Both the position numbers and the translations under genes were made by a program. The notes beneath the pieces were generated by a model. It had not been told where the DNA came from. It saw only the letters and a program-made list of their open reading frames with translations, and ran no database searches. A stretch of DNA of 63,996 nt, counting the filler, from Saprolegnia diclina VS20 (lineage: Eukaryota), in NCBI RefSeq assembly GCF_000281045.1. It is 6 parts of 2 records of this genome, joined end to end, with 100 filler letters (N's around TTAATTAATTAA, not from the genome) between each part and the next. Parts side by side here need not be neighbours in the genome. Positions count along the whole stretch, not along the records: positions 1 to 18,841 come from NW_008246177.1; positions 18,942 to 35,547 come from NW_008246177.1; 4 more parts are not named here. One strand, written 5' to 3'. Below, piece by piece: positions 10,708 to 22,900 of this stretch. The number at the start of each line of letters is the position of its first letter. Position 1 is the first letter of the stretch.

Positions 10708-13203
10708 ATGGAGCCGCTCGACAAGACGATGAGCGTGAACAGGACGATCGGGATCAACTCATCCGCGCATCGTATGATGTCCTTTGATGAAGCCACGGTC
10801 ATTCGGCGCTGCTACCAGCGCAACAACCGGAAGGGCGGCCAGAAGAACTTGCGCTGTTTCCCGAACTGCTGCCAGGGCGTCCACGCAAGCACTGGCTACT
10901 GCGGCGGGCCCATCGTCGTACACTTGACGCACCCGGTCTTGAAGAAGGACACCAACTACATGCTGTTTGCCGAGTTCTGCCCCGTCGTGAACGGCGTGCC
11001 CGACGGCTCGTTGCACGAAGGCGACGTGTGGCCTGTCGAGAAGGCCCTCTCGCTCGCCCACAAGGAGAAGAACCCGCTTCTACCCCTCTACCAGGGCTCG
11101 CCGATGGACGGCGCACCGCACGCGTATTGCTTCAACGCATCCAAGAAAGGGTGGCACTACGGCTTTGTGAGCAACAAACACGTCTCGGAGATGCACCACG
11201 TGCTCATGGTCTACCTCCTCGAGCGCGGACCAGACGCGGCGCTTCACTGTATCGACACACTCGTCTCGGTCTCGTTTTCTATTTATTGTCGTCGCCGCGC
11301 CAAGACGTCGCGCCTCGGCGAGCTGCTGTCAGCCGACCCGGCGCCGCTCGTGCCCGCCGACGAGCGCAAACGCAAGGACGCAACGATCGACGCACCCAAG
11401 GTTCGGCCTCCTTCCCGCAGTAGCGACACGGACTGGATGATCTTAAATGAGCTTCTCTCGGAGACGACGCCGCACGACAAGGACCCGCCGTCGTCGCCCG
11501 AGACTACGTCGAGCCAAGAAGACGAAGATCTCCAAGTCATCAAGCGTATCAAGCTGCCACCGTCGTCATCTTCCGTCGTAAAGGAAGAGGTGCCATCGCC
11601 AAGTGCGTCGCCAGCAGATACAACAGAGTTTGTCGCGCCGCCGGGCTTCTACTCGGTCGCGCAGGTCAAGGCCGCGCTTGGCATTGCTGACGTGTTCAAA
11701 TTTCCGCCCAAGAACCTTCGCGCAGTGGACGTCGTCACCAAAGCGTCCTCAGCAACGTCCACGACTTCATCGACAGCAACTTCGACGGCGACGTCGACGG
11801 CGGCGTCGACAAGGTCGTCCACGAAGGCATCGGTGACGTTCCCGTCGCCCATGCGATCGTACGACCCGCAGCGCGATTTTACGCAGTCGGCGCCGCATCT
11901 GTCACGACAAACGCACCGGCGCGTGCGCGGCCACGATATGCACGAGGCACTGTCGCAATCGACGCCGACGGCGCCCCACCAGATGCACCGTCCAGTGTCT
12001 TCACCGTTGCGGCATCGCAGCCAGAGTGCACTGCATGCCAACAGCTACACGGGCCCGTTTTTCACCAACCCCGCGCAGCAGCTCATGTTCCAGCAGCAGC
12101 AACAACACAGCTTTATGTACCCGCAACCGTATCCTGGCGGGTTTAGCCACCCTGCCATGATGTCGATGCCACACCCGTCGACGATGGGGTACCCACAAAT
12201 GTACGAGCCGATGGGGTACGGGTTCCAGTCGCCGGCGTTCACGCGCATGAACTCGACGCCAATGTCAACGCCGTCGTCGAGTGCGTCGCCGTACCAGAGC
12301 CCACAGCCTTACACAACAAGCAGCGGGACGCCGTCTCCAGTATACACAACTCCGCCGAACCCGTCATTTGCCTTCCCGACGCCGGACCCTTCGGCGCCGT
12401 CCATGACAATCTTGGAGGAGCTCCTACTCGAAGATGACTCGGTGCAAATGGCTGTACCGTACCCGTCGCGCGACGTCACGCAAGCGTATTACCAGCGCCA
12501 GGACACGGTGGCTGCGGGTTTTGCCACCGTCACGCCGTGCCTACCCCTCGACTTGAAGCCGTCGTCTGCGCCGGCTCCGGCACCGATCGAGCGCCGGACG
12601 ACAGATCACCGATCTCGGGACACGGTCATTCCGACCGAAATCGTCGTCACCCCCCGTGGTCGTACCGCTCGCGTGCATCTTGGCAGGGGGCACAGTAGTA
12701 GCAACGACAACCACACGATGTTGCCGGTCGCAGCGCCGACAACGAGCCGTCACCGGTCTACATCGGGGTCATCCTTATCGCCTCATCACCTCTCGATCAA
12801 CATGGACGAGCTCATGTCGTCACGGTCCATCTACCTACGCATGGGCTCGCCATCGCAGCCATCGTTTGTGCGGCTTATTGCATCCAAATCGAAGAAGCGC
12901 AACAAGCACCGGCGCCGACGACGCAACTCAGACAACGACGACGACGAGAGCACCGAGGCGGCACCAGCTGTCGCGCCGTCCAACAAGCCGTCCAGCCTCG
13001 TCGCACTCGTCAGTGGCAACTGCAACTTGATTTTGAAGGCGCTGGCGTTTGTGACTCTTTGTGTCGTGCTGGTGTACTACTCGACGCACGTTGCTGCGGG
13101 CATGAAGCCCGAAGAACCGACCCAGACGACGTCCGCGGAAATGCACGCAATAGCCAATACCACCGACATCAAGGTCGGACGGCGCGCGCTCTCGTTAACT
13201 TAA
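10708..13203 (+). CDS. Intronless 831-aa protein: N-terminal Cys/His globular domain, Ser/Thr/Pro/Gln-rich middle, basic NLS-like patch, C-terminal TM helix
   Basis: 2.5-kb open frame with GC3 bias. Motifs YQRNNRKGGQKNLRCFPNCCQGVHASTGYCG, KGWHYGFVSNKH, SVSFSIYCRRR, KSKKRNKHRRRRR, LILKALAFVTLCVVLVYY. Confidence 0.88.
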   Translation: MEPLDKTMSVNRTIGINSSAHRMMSFDEATVIRRCYQRNNRKGGQKNLRCFPNCCQGVHASTGYCGGPIVVHLTHPVLKKDTNYMLFAEFCPVVNGVPDGSLHEGDVWPVEKALSLAHKEKNPLLPLYQGSPMDGAPHAYCFNASKKGWHYGFVSNKHVSEMHHVLMVYLLERGPDAALHCIDTLVSVSFSIYCRRRAKTSRLGELLSADPAPLVPADERKRKDATIDAPKVRPPSRSSDTDWMILNELLSETTPHDKDPPSSPETTSSQEDEDLQVIKRIKLPPSSSSVVKEEVPSPSASPADTTEFVAPPGFYSVAQVKAALGIADVFKFPPKNLRAVDVVTKASSATSTTSSTATSTATSTAASTRSSTKASVTFPSPMRSYDPQRDFTQSAPHLSRQTHRRVRGHDMHEALSQSTPTAPHQMHRPVSSPLRHRSQSALHANSYTGPFFTNPAQQLMFQQQQQHSFMYPQPYPGGFSHPAMMSMPHPSTMGYPQMYEPMGYGFQSPAFTRMNSTPMSTPSSSASPYQSPQPYTTSSGTPSPVYTTPPNPSFAFPTPDPSAPSMTILEELLLEDDSVQMAVPYPSRDVTQAYYQRQDTVAAGFATVTPCLPLDLKPSSAPAPAPIERRTTDHRSRDTVIPTEIVVTPRGRTARVHLGRGHSSSNDNHTMLPVAAPTTSRHRSTSGSSLSPHHLSINMDELMSSRSIYLRMGSPSQPSFVRLIASKSKKRNKHRRRRRNSDNDDDESTEAAPAVAPSNKPSSLVALVSGNCNLILKALAFVTLCVVLVYYSTHVAAGMKPEEPTQTTSAEMHAIANTTDIKVGRRALSLT

Positions 13204-13475
13204 GGCATCACTAGTAATATATCCACGCACTATATAGGGTTTGAATCACTTTCGATTTTGTCCATTTAAGAAGCGGTTTGGATCGACAGGCGCCGACGGG
13301 TCGCCACGGTTTCCAAGCTCATACAGTAGTGTTTTCGCATGCGATGATGCAAAGTCAGTCGATGGCCCGAAAACGTGCAAACCCGAGCGTCAGGCAACTT
13401 TCAATAATAAATACTTTACTTTGCGCCGAATCTTCGATCGATGTGGCGCAGGCGGCGGAAGACAATGGACGGTCG

Positions 13476-13949
13476 TTACGCCACCACCCAACCTGGGTTG
13501 CTTGTGCGACTTGAAGCCGACGTGTGGCTTCCGCTTCGGTCTTTGCGGCCAAGACGGGGGGCTTTCCAGGACCGCATCGAGCCGAGAACGAGGGTAGCGA
13601 GGGCGGCTTCGTGCTTGCTGTGGCCCAAGGCCGGGTTGTCGTAGATGCCTGGCGTGATGTTGCCCCGCGTGTCAGACTCTGGGCACACGCCCAGGTGCAA
13701 GAGAAATGCTTTGAGGGCGTCCGGCGTCTCAAATTTGACGCAGAGCCTGTCGTCTTCCGGAAGCGCGATCAGTGCCTTCAGATTGGCGTGCCATTGGACG
13801 CGAACAATAGTGTCGAGTGGGTAGTGGGCGTTGGTGTTGAGGACGACAAGGACGCCGACATCGGGGTGGACCTCGAGAGCGATAAAAGACCGGCGCCATC
13901 CAACCTTGTCGAGGACGCTCGAGTACTTGCGCGTGTAGTACACAACCAT
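13476..13949 (-). CDS. Small hypothetical protein, possibly PH-like fold
   Basis: ATG at 13949. MVVYYTRKYSS...GWRRSFIALEV...LCVKFETPDALKAFLLHL resembles PH beta-strands followed by a terminal helix. Confidence 0.5.
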   Translation of the reverse strand: MVVYYTRKYSSVLDKVGWRRSFIALEVHPDVGVLVVLNTNAHYPLDTIVRVQWHANLKALIALPEDDRLCVKFETPDALKAFLLHLGVCPESDTRGNITPGIYDNPALGHSKHEAALATLVLGSMRSWKAPRLGRKDRSGSHTSASSRTSNPGWVVA

Positions 13950-14394
13950 GGTAATGCGAAAATGACTCGTTTTGTAGCATACGGGAGGGTACGCCACTGA
14001 GGTAGTGCGATAGTATCTTTTCACCAAATATTGCAATGCGACCGATACAGTATTTCTGGATATCGACTTCCTTGTGGACAAACTGTGGAAATGGCCCGCT
14101 ATTACCAGTCCCGGTCGATGGCCATCCACGAGGCGCAAACCACGCCGTCCGAGTGGTGGAGTTGCGAAACAAGCAGAGCCCCAGCATCTTGGTGAATCCG
14201 CTAATTACCTCAGCCGCGCTGGAAGGCGGTGGTCAGTCGCTGGCCAGCGCGAGGGCCAGCACGATTACACCCATTTTTTCTGCGGGGCTGCTCTGCGGGC
14301 AAACAAGCGTCAGCGGTGTATGTCGCCCATCACCTATCCATTTCATCGGGCAATGCACAAAGAAGATACTACTGCCTCGCAAATGCTTAGCTGG

Positions 14395-16119
14395 TCAAAA
14401 ATTTGCTGCCCTCTGACCTTGAAGGTACAAGCGTAAGCGCTGCTTGTGATTTACCGTCATCTTGGGCGTGAAGTCCCACGAATGTGTTGCCTTGGCGTTG
14501 TCATCGTCAACCTTGGGCTCTAAAGCAACAATTGTGGCCATTGGTTTCTTCTCGAACGGCGAAAGCCCATCTTCTTCCTTGGCTTGTGGCACGTTGCACA
14601 GCTCGTCCTTGAGTGTGGCCATCTATTACACGCGGCGTGTGAGCTTGCAGCCGACGATGTACGGCTGGTGACCGTGTTGTGGAGTTGTGCGCATGCCGTC
14701 TGCGATGGGATGGATGTGGGAGACAAGCAGTTTACGAAAGTCTACGCTACCTCTAACGCAGAGTGTTGCGCATGGATCGGTGCTAGCTGGTAGAGAAAAT
14801 GAAGCTTGTGAGCTGGGTCATTCGAAGGTACGTACTTGCTGTGTGAGCTGGCCGACGTAGGTTGCATGTGCCTCGGCAATCAGAGACCGCCGCGTCGCAT
14901 CCAAGGTGCCTACCACAATCCGAAACGATGGGCGTTCTGATATCGCAGCTGGCGAGGAATACGCTGCAGGTACTGAGCGTGCTGCTTCATTTTAGTCAGC
15001 TGCTTGGCCACGACATCGCGAGCATCTCGCTCTCGTTGGCACTGACGCGCGGCTTCGTCTCGCTACTCGCGTTGGAAGTTGGTCGCTCTTTTGCTCATTT
15101 GCGGCTCACGGACCTCGGACTTGGTGTGCTCAAGCTCTTGCTGGAGGAGTTGTGTCTACACTGTACAGTCAGCAAGAGTGAAAAAGCATTTGAATCGTTG
15201 TTGCCACCTTGGCCCGCTCGGCAGCCACCTCCTGTACCAAGCATGAACATTTTTTGTTGACAAGAGAGAGTTGAGTGCTTGTCGCAGCGAGCGCTGTCGT
15301 TGGTCGCTCCAAAAGGCTATCGAGAAACTGCGATGAGTTCATCATTCTTCAATATGGTACTGCATCAAAGAAGCTTCGCACGTACGCAGCGACAAGATGC
15401 TCCAGCTGCGCAGCCTCTTGGGTCAAGTCGAATGACGGGCGATCCTCGCAAAGAAGTAGCTTCAAGTCGCATGTCGTCAGCGGCGAAAGCAGCCGGAGAA
15501 GCCACTGCACAAAGAGGCTATTCGCCTCGTGCTCAGCGACATCCGCTTGCGCAAAGGCGGGTGAATGTTCCAGTTCTACCACCTTGGTGCGAAGCTCAGC
15601 TTGTACGACGTCAAGAGCTGCGTGTGCGATCGCTGCGACTATCGGTAAAGGAGCACCAGGCAACGTGGGCGGCAATATCGTTGTGGCGGAGTGTTGGGCA
15701 ATTGAGGTAATCGTACAAGGTGCGGATAGAGCTGCAACAGACGAAGCAGTCGCTGGCGGCGTCATTATTGTTGGTTGTGGCGCCTTGGCCGTTGTGTAGG
15801 CTTCTGCAGGCGGCGAAGCCACTAATGGTGGCGTACCCTCTGCACTCGAAAGCACGTCTTTGCGCTTTGTGCGTACGAGGCTCTTGGATCGAGTCGTACG
15901 GGGACGCTCGGACTGGACAGGCTCGCGTTCAAGGTTGCGACGCAGTCGTTCAAACTTGTCGTGGAGGTCGCGCAGCTCGTGGCACGTATGGATTGATGCA
16001 TGATGTTGCGCACTCGTCTTTGTCTGCTGCGACCGAGAAGGCGTAGAGTTACGCACTGCATCGTCGGAGTCGTCCCAGGGTGGCAGCGCCCACGTCCGTC
16101 CAGTGTTCATGTTCAGCAT
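14395..16119 (-). CDS. Hypothetical coiled-coil protein, multi-exon
   Basis: 256-aa first-exon ORF with heptad-like stretches, further short exons bounded by GT-AG introns, last ORF ending at 14395. Confidence 0.55.
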
Positions 16120-16665
16120 TACCGCGATTGGTTGAAAAGTTGGATCTTACTTTAGAGAATGATGGTCTGATTTGACATATCGATCCCACGGACATGGTGG
16201 CTCATGACTGCATGCTCGCATTCACCACAAGCTGATGTACCTCTTGAAGTGCATTCCGGAGTCCCTCTGCTTGTTGCACTAAGACGAATGTACCATGTCT
16301 TTGCAAAGTCTGCCTCAATTCCAAGCTGGGTGGGAGCTCCTCCGACGAATTTATCGACAAATAATTGCGCGGCAATCAGCCAACAACAGTACTACCAAAT
16401 ATGGCAGCCCTGTACGAAATCTCCGATACCAGAAGCTCGTTGGTGGCCATTAGCCTTGAGGTGGCGCAGTGATGCGTTGGCAAGGGAGGCCCTGACCCGT
16501 CAGACCAGTGTCTCTGCTGTGAATGCAACAATTCCGAGCGTCAAGACGTAGTGATACTCAGCACCAAAAAGATTATTGAGTGTCTCAGAGTAATGCTTGT
16601 CTCGGAGTGCGCAGAGGAGGTAACTTGTGCACGAAGGACTACTACATGACTCCGTACCCGCTGGC

Positions 16666-17762
16666 TTAGACCGTCGCGAGGAGGACGTCTGCGTGGTGGT
16701 TGATGTGGTCTTCCATGAACGTCGAAACGAAGTAGTAGCCGTGGTCGTAACCATCCTAGTAGTCAGGACCATCAACAAAAGTTGGACGACAGACAATTGA
16801 GCAACCTGCATGCGCAGCGTCAACGGCTGACCGACCTTCTGGCATGCCGCCTACGCCAAAAGATGTTTCGTGCTTGCTCTACCAAGCGCCGCATACCTCG
16901 AAGGCTTCCGGCAGCAGTTGCTTGTCTGCGAGGAACTGGTCGTCCGTGCCTTGATCGATGAGGATGTTGAGATTCGGGTTCGCACCCTTCTCAAGAACAA
17001 GAAGCGTCGCATCGTGCGCCTACATAACAAATCAATGAAATACGTACGACCTATGCTTGTAAGAAGAATACCTTCCACGTCGACTGGTCCGTGCCGAGGT
17101 ACCCCGTGAACGCCTTGATACCCCATGGGCACTGCGTCGGGTGGCAAATCGGCGCAAATGCCGACACCGACTTGTAAAGGTCCGGGTTCTTGAGCGCGAG
17201 CGTGAGCGCACCGTGGCCACCCATCGAATGCCCCATGATCGACTGCTTGCCATCGATGATTGGCAAGTTGGCGGTCACGAGGGCCGGCAACTCCTTCGTC
17301 ACGTACGAATACATGTTGTAGTTCTCAGCCCACTTGGGCTCCTTAGCGTCCACATAGAACCCCGCGCCTGTGCAAGCGTGAGACCTTTCAATTGCATTGA
17401 TCGAAGTATACCCGTGCCAAAGTCCCAGTGATCACTGTCGCCTTCAATGTTGATGCCACGAGGACTACAGTCAGAGAGCGTGAACGTTGGCTGCGACGAA
17501 ATCCATACCTCGTGTCGGGCGTAATGAGTGCAACACCACGCTTTGCGGCCATGCGTTGGGCACCACCCTTGATCTGCATGAGCTCTTCGTTGCATGTGAG
17601 GCCCGCCAGGTAATAGATCGCCGGGACTTTCGCAGCGTCAGTTGCGGCTTTTGGGAGGAAGACGCAGAACTGCATCGTCATGCGCGTGATCGCACTTTCG
17701 TGGGCAAAGTGCTTCACCACGCCGTCAAAGCACTTGGTCTGCTTGAGAAGCTTCAGAGCCAT
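16666..17762 (-). CDS. ESD: S-formylglutathione hydrolase (esterase D)
   Basis: KCFDG...[30 protein letters not shown], nucleophile elbow [22 protein letters not shown], and spliced last exon [22 protein letters not shown]. Confidence 0.95.
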
Positions 17763-18841
17763 CTTCGTTGACCTTCGTCCGATTTCAATTTTGAGGCCCC
17801 AGCTGAGCCAACGTGTCCGGATACTATATCCGGTACTTCGGACCTTGAAGTTGCCGGCCATACAAACATCAAGTGGGTGCGATCTTGACAATCTTGGTCC
17901 ATTAAGACAAAGTCCATTAATACCAGCAAAATCACGCAAACGGCCGACGACGGCGTCACGTGCGGTGCCTTGTTAAGCTCCAAGTCTACACCGCCGCGAC
18001 TGATACGACTACACAAGGCGATCGAGCCGTAGTCCCTGCCGAAGCCCGATGACGACTTCGACGATGCACAATCGCCTTTGCGATCAGCTTTGACTATCCA
18101 ACGTACTAGTACCGTGGTCTATCAAGCGACGCTTCACAGCGTATATTGGTTCTACATAGTCTAGCTTCGGGACCATCTGCATAGTACGCTACGATTAACA
18201 GCTCAACAGGGCCCACCGAGTGTACAAACGAAACAAAGTCCGAAGTTTTCTACATGTAGCTTAGGATCATCAGTCTAGAGTGAAGGACTCGCGTCAATAT
18301 CGCGCGAAACGATGGCGAAGACGACAGCCTAAACAAGCCACGAGATCTTTAGACGAGCATTTCTATTGACACGAGACCCCTTTTCACTTTCGTAGGACTA
18401 CATTGCTGCCATAACTCTTCGAGCAGTGAATACTTCGCTGGCGGTGAAAGCGTTGTACAATTGTACTACAATTGTAGTAAGTTAGGGCAATAAAGTCGTT
18501 GCAAATGCGAAGGACCACGTGTTTGGTGGAAGGTTCCAGCAGGATCGAGGGCGTTTGGAAGTTTGGAATGTATACAACAAGAGTTCTCATTACGATGTTT
18601 GTAGTTGTCCATACACGACCTCATGGTTGTCGTGTTTATGTACTTATGTGCACGGTGTTATGTGATCCATCGTAATTCTCAAACCCTCCGCACCCAGCGC
18701 CCGTTAATTCTCGTATACTGCTACTGAATACAACATCGACGCAAACTATTATTTGTTTATGCTTAGCTCGAGGGTCTGCTCATCCCAGTGTCAAGTGCGA
18801 TCCATACGCATCATTGCGGAAAGTGCTGAGCTCAGCTATTA

Positions 18842-18941
18842 NNNNNNNNNNNNNNNNNNNNNNNNNNNNNNNNNNNNNNNNNNNNTTAATTAATTAANNN
18901 NNNNNNNNNNNNNNNNNNNNNNNNNNNNNNNNNNNNNNNNN
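18842..18941. other. Artificial scaffold linker N-TTAATTAATTAA-N; the 12-mer also occurs at 35592, 41281, 49695 and 62810
   Basis: The identical 12-mer with stops in all frames is centred in 100-base N runs five times. Confidence 0.97.
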
Positions 18942-19197
18942 TAGTTTGGAGGTGCTGCAATCGTTCGAATGCTGTCTAGCTCGGTATGAGATCATGCATG
19001 CGAAAACGACAAAAGTAAAAGTAAATTCGGTAAACTTTTTTTGGAGCGCTCTGATGCGTTTTTTTCTTAGGAGTGCTCAGAATACGGATATCGGCTACAA
19101 GAACTCACGAAAAGTCGGCTATGAGAGCTCGCCTCGTGTCGGTCTCGGGAGCCATACCGGATGTGTCCCGACACAACCGACAGCTCATTACCATATG

Positions 19198-19289
19198 TAC
19201 ACTGCGGTGTATTGCTGTTTTAAAAGCTACACTGCGGTGTATTGCTGCTTAAGCTTACACTGCGGTGTATAAGCTTACACTGCGGTGTA
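19198..19289. repeat. Four copies of the palindromic motif TACACTGCGGTGTA
   Basis: Copies start at 19198, 19228, 19256 and 19276. Confidence 0.9.
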
Positions 19290-19613
19290 TATTATTTGGT
19301 ATTTAATATGGGGCGAGAGCTTCGTTTGCAACGTTGCAACTGATGCGGGGGCATAGCGTGTGCTGTGCAGCACGCATGTTATAGACTTCGCGTGCATCGA
19401 GCCGAGTCGACGGCACGTAAAAATCTCGCCACAACCTTTCTTGGAAAACGTACCGTAGTCATTCTCACGCATCCCATAGACCACACCAATGCAGCGCTGC
19501 GGCACCCCCGAGAACAACGACCGATAAATTGACGACCACTTCAACAACTACGACCAACAAACATCATTGGTTTATAAGTACACTGTAAGTGTATCTGAAT
19601 AGCAGAACGTATA

Positions 19614-19779
19614 ATCGGTACCGAGAACCAAAGGAACCTCATCATCGTTACCGAGTACGATACCAGGATACATTGTCGGTATCGAGCGCGTTAATAAATT
19701 GAATCATCGGTAACGAGTGCTGTGAAACATTTCATGCTTGCTACCGAGCACGCTAATAAATTGTATCGTCGGTACCGAG
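19614..19779. repeat. Six RTCGGTACCGAG-like palindromes at 30-31 bp spacing
   Basis: Copies at 19614, 19644, 19675, 19706, 19737 and 19768, separated by variable 18-19 bp spacers. Confidence 0.85.
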
Positions 19780-19863
19780 TAGTATACAAATGACTTAGAC
19801 TTATGCCAAGAGCTACTACGTCGAAATATGTTTGAACTCATAAACCCGTCATTTGACCATTAC

Positions 19864-19998
19864 TTTGACCTATTAAACGTCAATTACACTTTGATGTAAC
19901 CCATTTTACGACCCGAATGCCTCTCTTTGACCTATAAAACGTCAGTTACACTTTGGTGTAGCCCATTTTACGTCCCGAATGCCTCTCTTTGACCTATA
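19864..19998. repeat. 62-bp tandem repeat, about 2.2 copies
   Basis: TTTGACCTAT unit starts at 19864, 19926 and 19988. Confidence 0.9.
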
Positions 19999-22900
19999 CG
20001 TATTGTACACGTATAGCTACTGGCAGCTACTGGTAACGTTATGCTCAAGAGATGTTGCCTCAAATAGACATGTCGTCTAATGAGAGGATCGCAATCTATT
20101 TCGTCCCTGCGTTAGTGGTCATTATAAATGTAATTACGATTAACGTTGTGCTGGTTGTTGTGCAATGGGCGTTTCAATGTATCGGTAGAGAGTAGAAAAA
20201 GAGTTTTTAGGAGGAGCAGGCAAAGGCCAGCTAAACCTCAACGCAGCTTCGATTTGGCTTCGGCCTGCTAAGTCTCGCCAACCCATGGCAGGCGTGGTAA
20301 TCCACCTCCTCTGCCCCCTTTGCTGGCAACAAGCGCGAGTCCTGAAATGATAGGAACCAGTAAATAGATGGCTGTTCAGGCGTCAACAGATGAGCAGCAC
20401 CAACGAGCTAGACACTGCACAACCCCGCGAGCGAGTTCACGACAAACTATACCGTACGTAGCGCTAACGTTGGTATATGATCGTGTTTCACATTATTTTC
20501 GTTGTTGAAAACGCGTCGCAAACATAGAGATGTGTTTACATGTACTAGTACATATATCTGTCTTCTTCTTCAAGTGCTTGGCGGTCGTGGCTGCGCAGCC
20601 GAGCGGCGGGCGACTGAAAAAGTAGATTCGTATTATTTCTGGGAAGTCACTATGCGAAGAGAACGCGAAGCTCGCTGGCACATAATCCATTATTTGGCGA
20701 ATTACATCCTACTAGACCAGAGCGAACCGATAAGTGCCGTTGCCGTGGCCTCACACAATGTTAATCGCCACTTATAACACAGAATCACCCTCCGGCAGGG
20801 GTCCTTCCCGTCACATTCCATGAGGCTCCGTGTCGAATTGCATTTCATAAAGTTGGTTTAGTAGTACCAGTAAGTGTGCAGAAGTGTAGTGATTCACTCG
20901 CATAACTGGGCTATGCATGTCAGAGTAAAGAACAGGACTATCGAATTCAAACATGCCATCCAACCTATTTCAACGCATGCACCGACTGAGTCCGCTGCGT
21001 GGTTGAGGTGTCGAATGTGGTTGATTCACCGCGAAGAAATACAACGCATGACATGCATGCATTCTATCATCTCCATAAAGAGCTAGTGAGCTGGTCTACT
21101 AAGGACTCGACGCACAATCACTTTTGCATTCAAATGACAAAGCACACACCGGTGGAGTTGTCGTACTCATATTGCAACGGCGCCAACGGCAAAAACAGCA
21201 AGATGAGCAAAATATTGTTCAATAATATCACACCAAAAAATAACGACATGCAGTGTCGAACCCACGGCGGATGGTATACCAATGGGGCGTCGTACCACCA
21301 GAGTACGTGAGACATTTTGTGCGATACGTACATATAAAACATGGAGCTTGTATTGAACACGTTGCATGCACCTATTATATGCTGCCAATGACTTTATTGC
21401 ATACTGCGCGGCTTTTACAGGGCTATTTTTTCTGCGAAGTAGCTTAGTTGATTGAAAAAGTCAATTGTACAAAGGACTTTCTCTAATACGGCGGTGGTAC
21501 ACAAGCCAACCCAAAATGGTTACTCGATAAGCACTAAACTGCTGTGATTCCATTGCAATGGGCTGTACTAGTACTGCTTTTAGAAGCTCTTTCAGGAATC
21601 TTTATTAGCATGCAGCACGCATGGGTACTTATTTACCCCTGGCAGCACGTCCATCGCCCAGCTTCATCGCTCAAAATGGTATTCATAGCCGACATAGAAG
21701 ACGCATATACCTTGTATCCACGCCGAGTTGCCACTAGGTTCGACGCCGCGTGGCGGCTAAATGCGGTAAATTGCCCCGTAGAAGTACGGTAAACGAACTT
21801 ATCCGGGAATTTTACCACGGTAAACTTAAAGATTTTTTTCTGAGAGTTTGCTATTAATGGTATTTGATAATCTTTATCAATGTGGCTGACAGTTGACGCG
21901 TCTTTGACCTTAAAGCTCGAAAGACGGCGAATGTTGGCATGACTTTGCGACGCAGTTAATCGAGCTGAGCCTGACTCTGTTTGGGTGGCTTGGACCGTCA
22001 CGGAGAGTGCGAGTTGTGTTAGGTAATGAAGTGTCACGTGGCTCAGAAGGAAGATAAAGAAAAAAGCGACGATTATGTCGTCGAGACAAGCGTGCGGTCC
22101 ATGGGCACCTGATTTACGAGGTGCACAAGACTGTGGACCCAGACCCACGGCACAATCAAGAAGTAGACTAGAATCTGGGGCGCGAGGATCACAAACGACA
22201 AACCTCGAGCTCACGATGAATTGGTGTGTCAACGAGCAGCGACATATACCTAAAATGGAATTTAGCACTCCAGCGGACAAAGGGTCATGTAGAGCAGAGA
22301 CACGTGGGGTCAAGACACAGTGGGGTTAAGACACAGTACAGAGCGACGATTAATGTGGAAGTAAAAGAGAACCTCGCGTCGACGACAATCCGGCTCACAT
22401 ACCGGTACTGTGCATAGACCGAGATGAATACAGCCATGATGAATGCATGCTGCAAAACTCCTCCTTCATTGGTTGTAGCAAACGCTGCCCACAATCGGAG
22501 CCGCTACAAAAACAACTTCACTTTCAATTCAAGCAGAGTACATTTAGAAACGCGGTGTCAATGTCCGTACTGAAGATACCACGAGGCCATGATGACGATC
22601 CTACTTGGACCCAAATCGCTTATTGCTCAGATCGTCCGGCCGCGCCGCGTGCGGCGTCGGTTCTATGTGCTCGGTCGATATCCAGATTTATTTGGATGCG
22701 GGCTCGGACGGTTTCGTTTGAAACACACCCGAAGGCTCTGTCGGTGGTCCGAGTACAGGAGCCTGCGTACGACCTCGCGCGAGCTATGACTCGGCGAGTG
22801 GGGTCCACCACGGGATGGATCTCTCCGTACGCAGCTCACTCCCAACGACCAAGTGCTGATGCCAACTCCCACGCATTCAGGCGTAGCGCTACGTATGCGA

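Noticed and set aside
18886..18897. Recurring TTAATTAATTAA palindrome (five copies)
   Set aside because: Always centred in N runs; an artificial all-frame-stop scaffold linker.
19614..19779. CRISPR array
   Set aside because: Repeats are only 12 bp and degenerate, spacers are 18-19 bp and partly related, there are no cas genes, and the host is eukaryotic.
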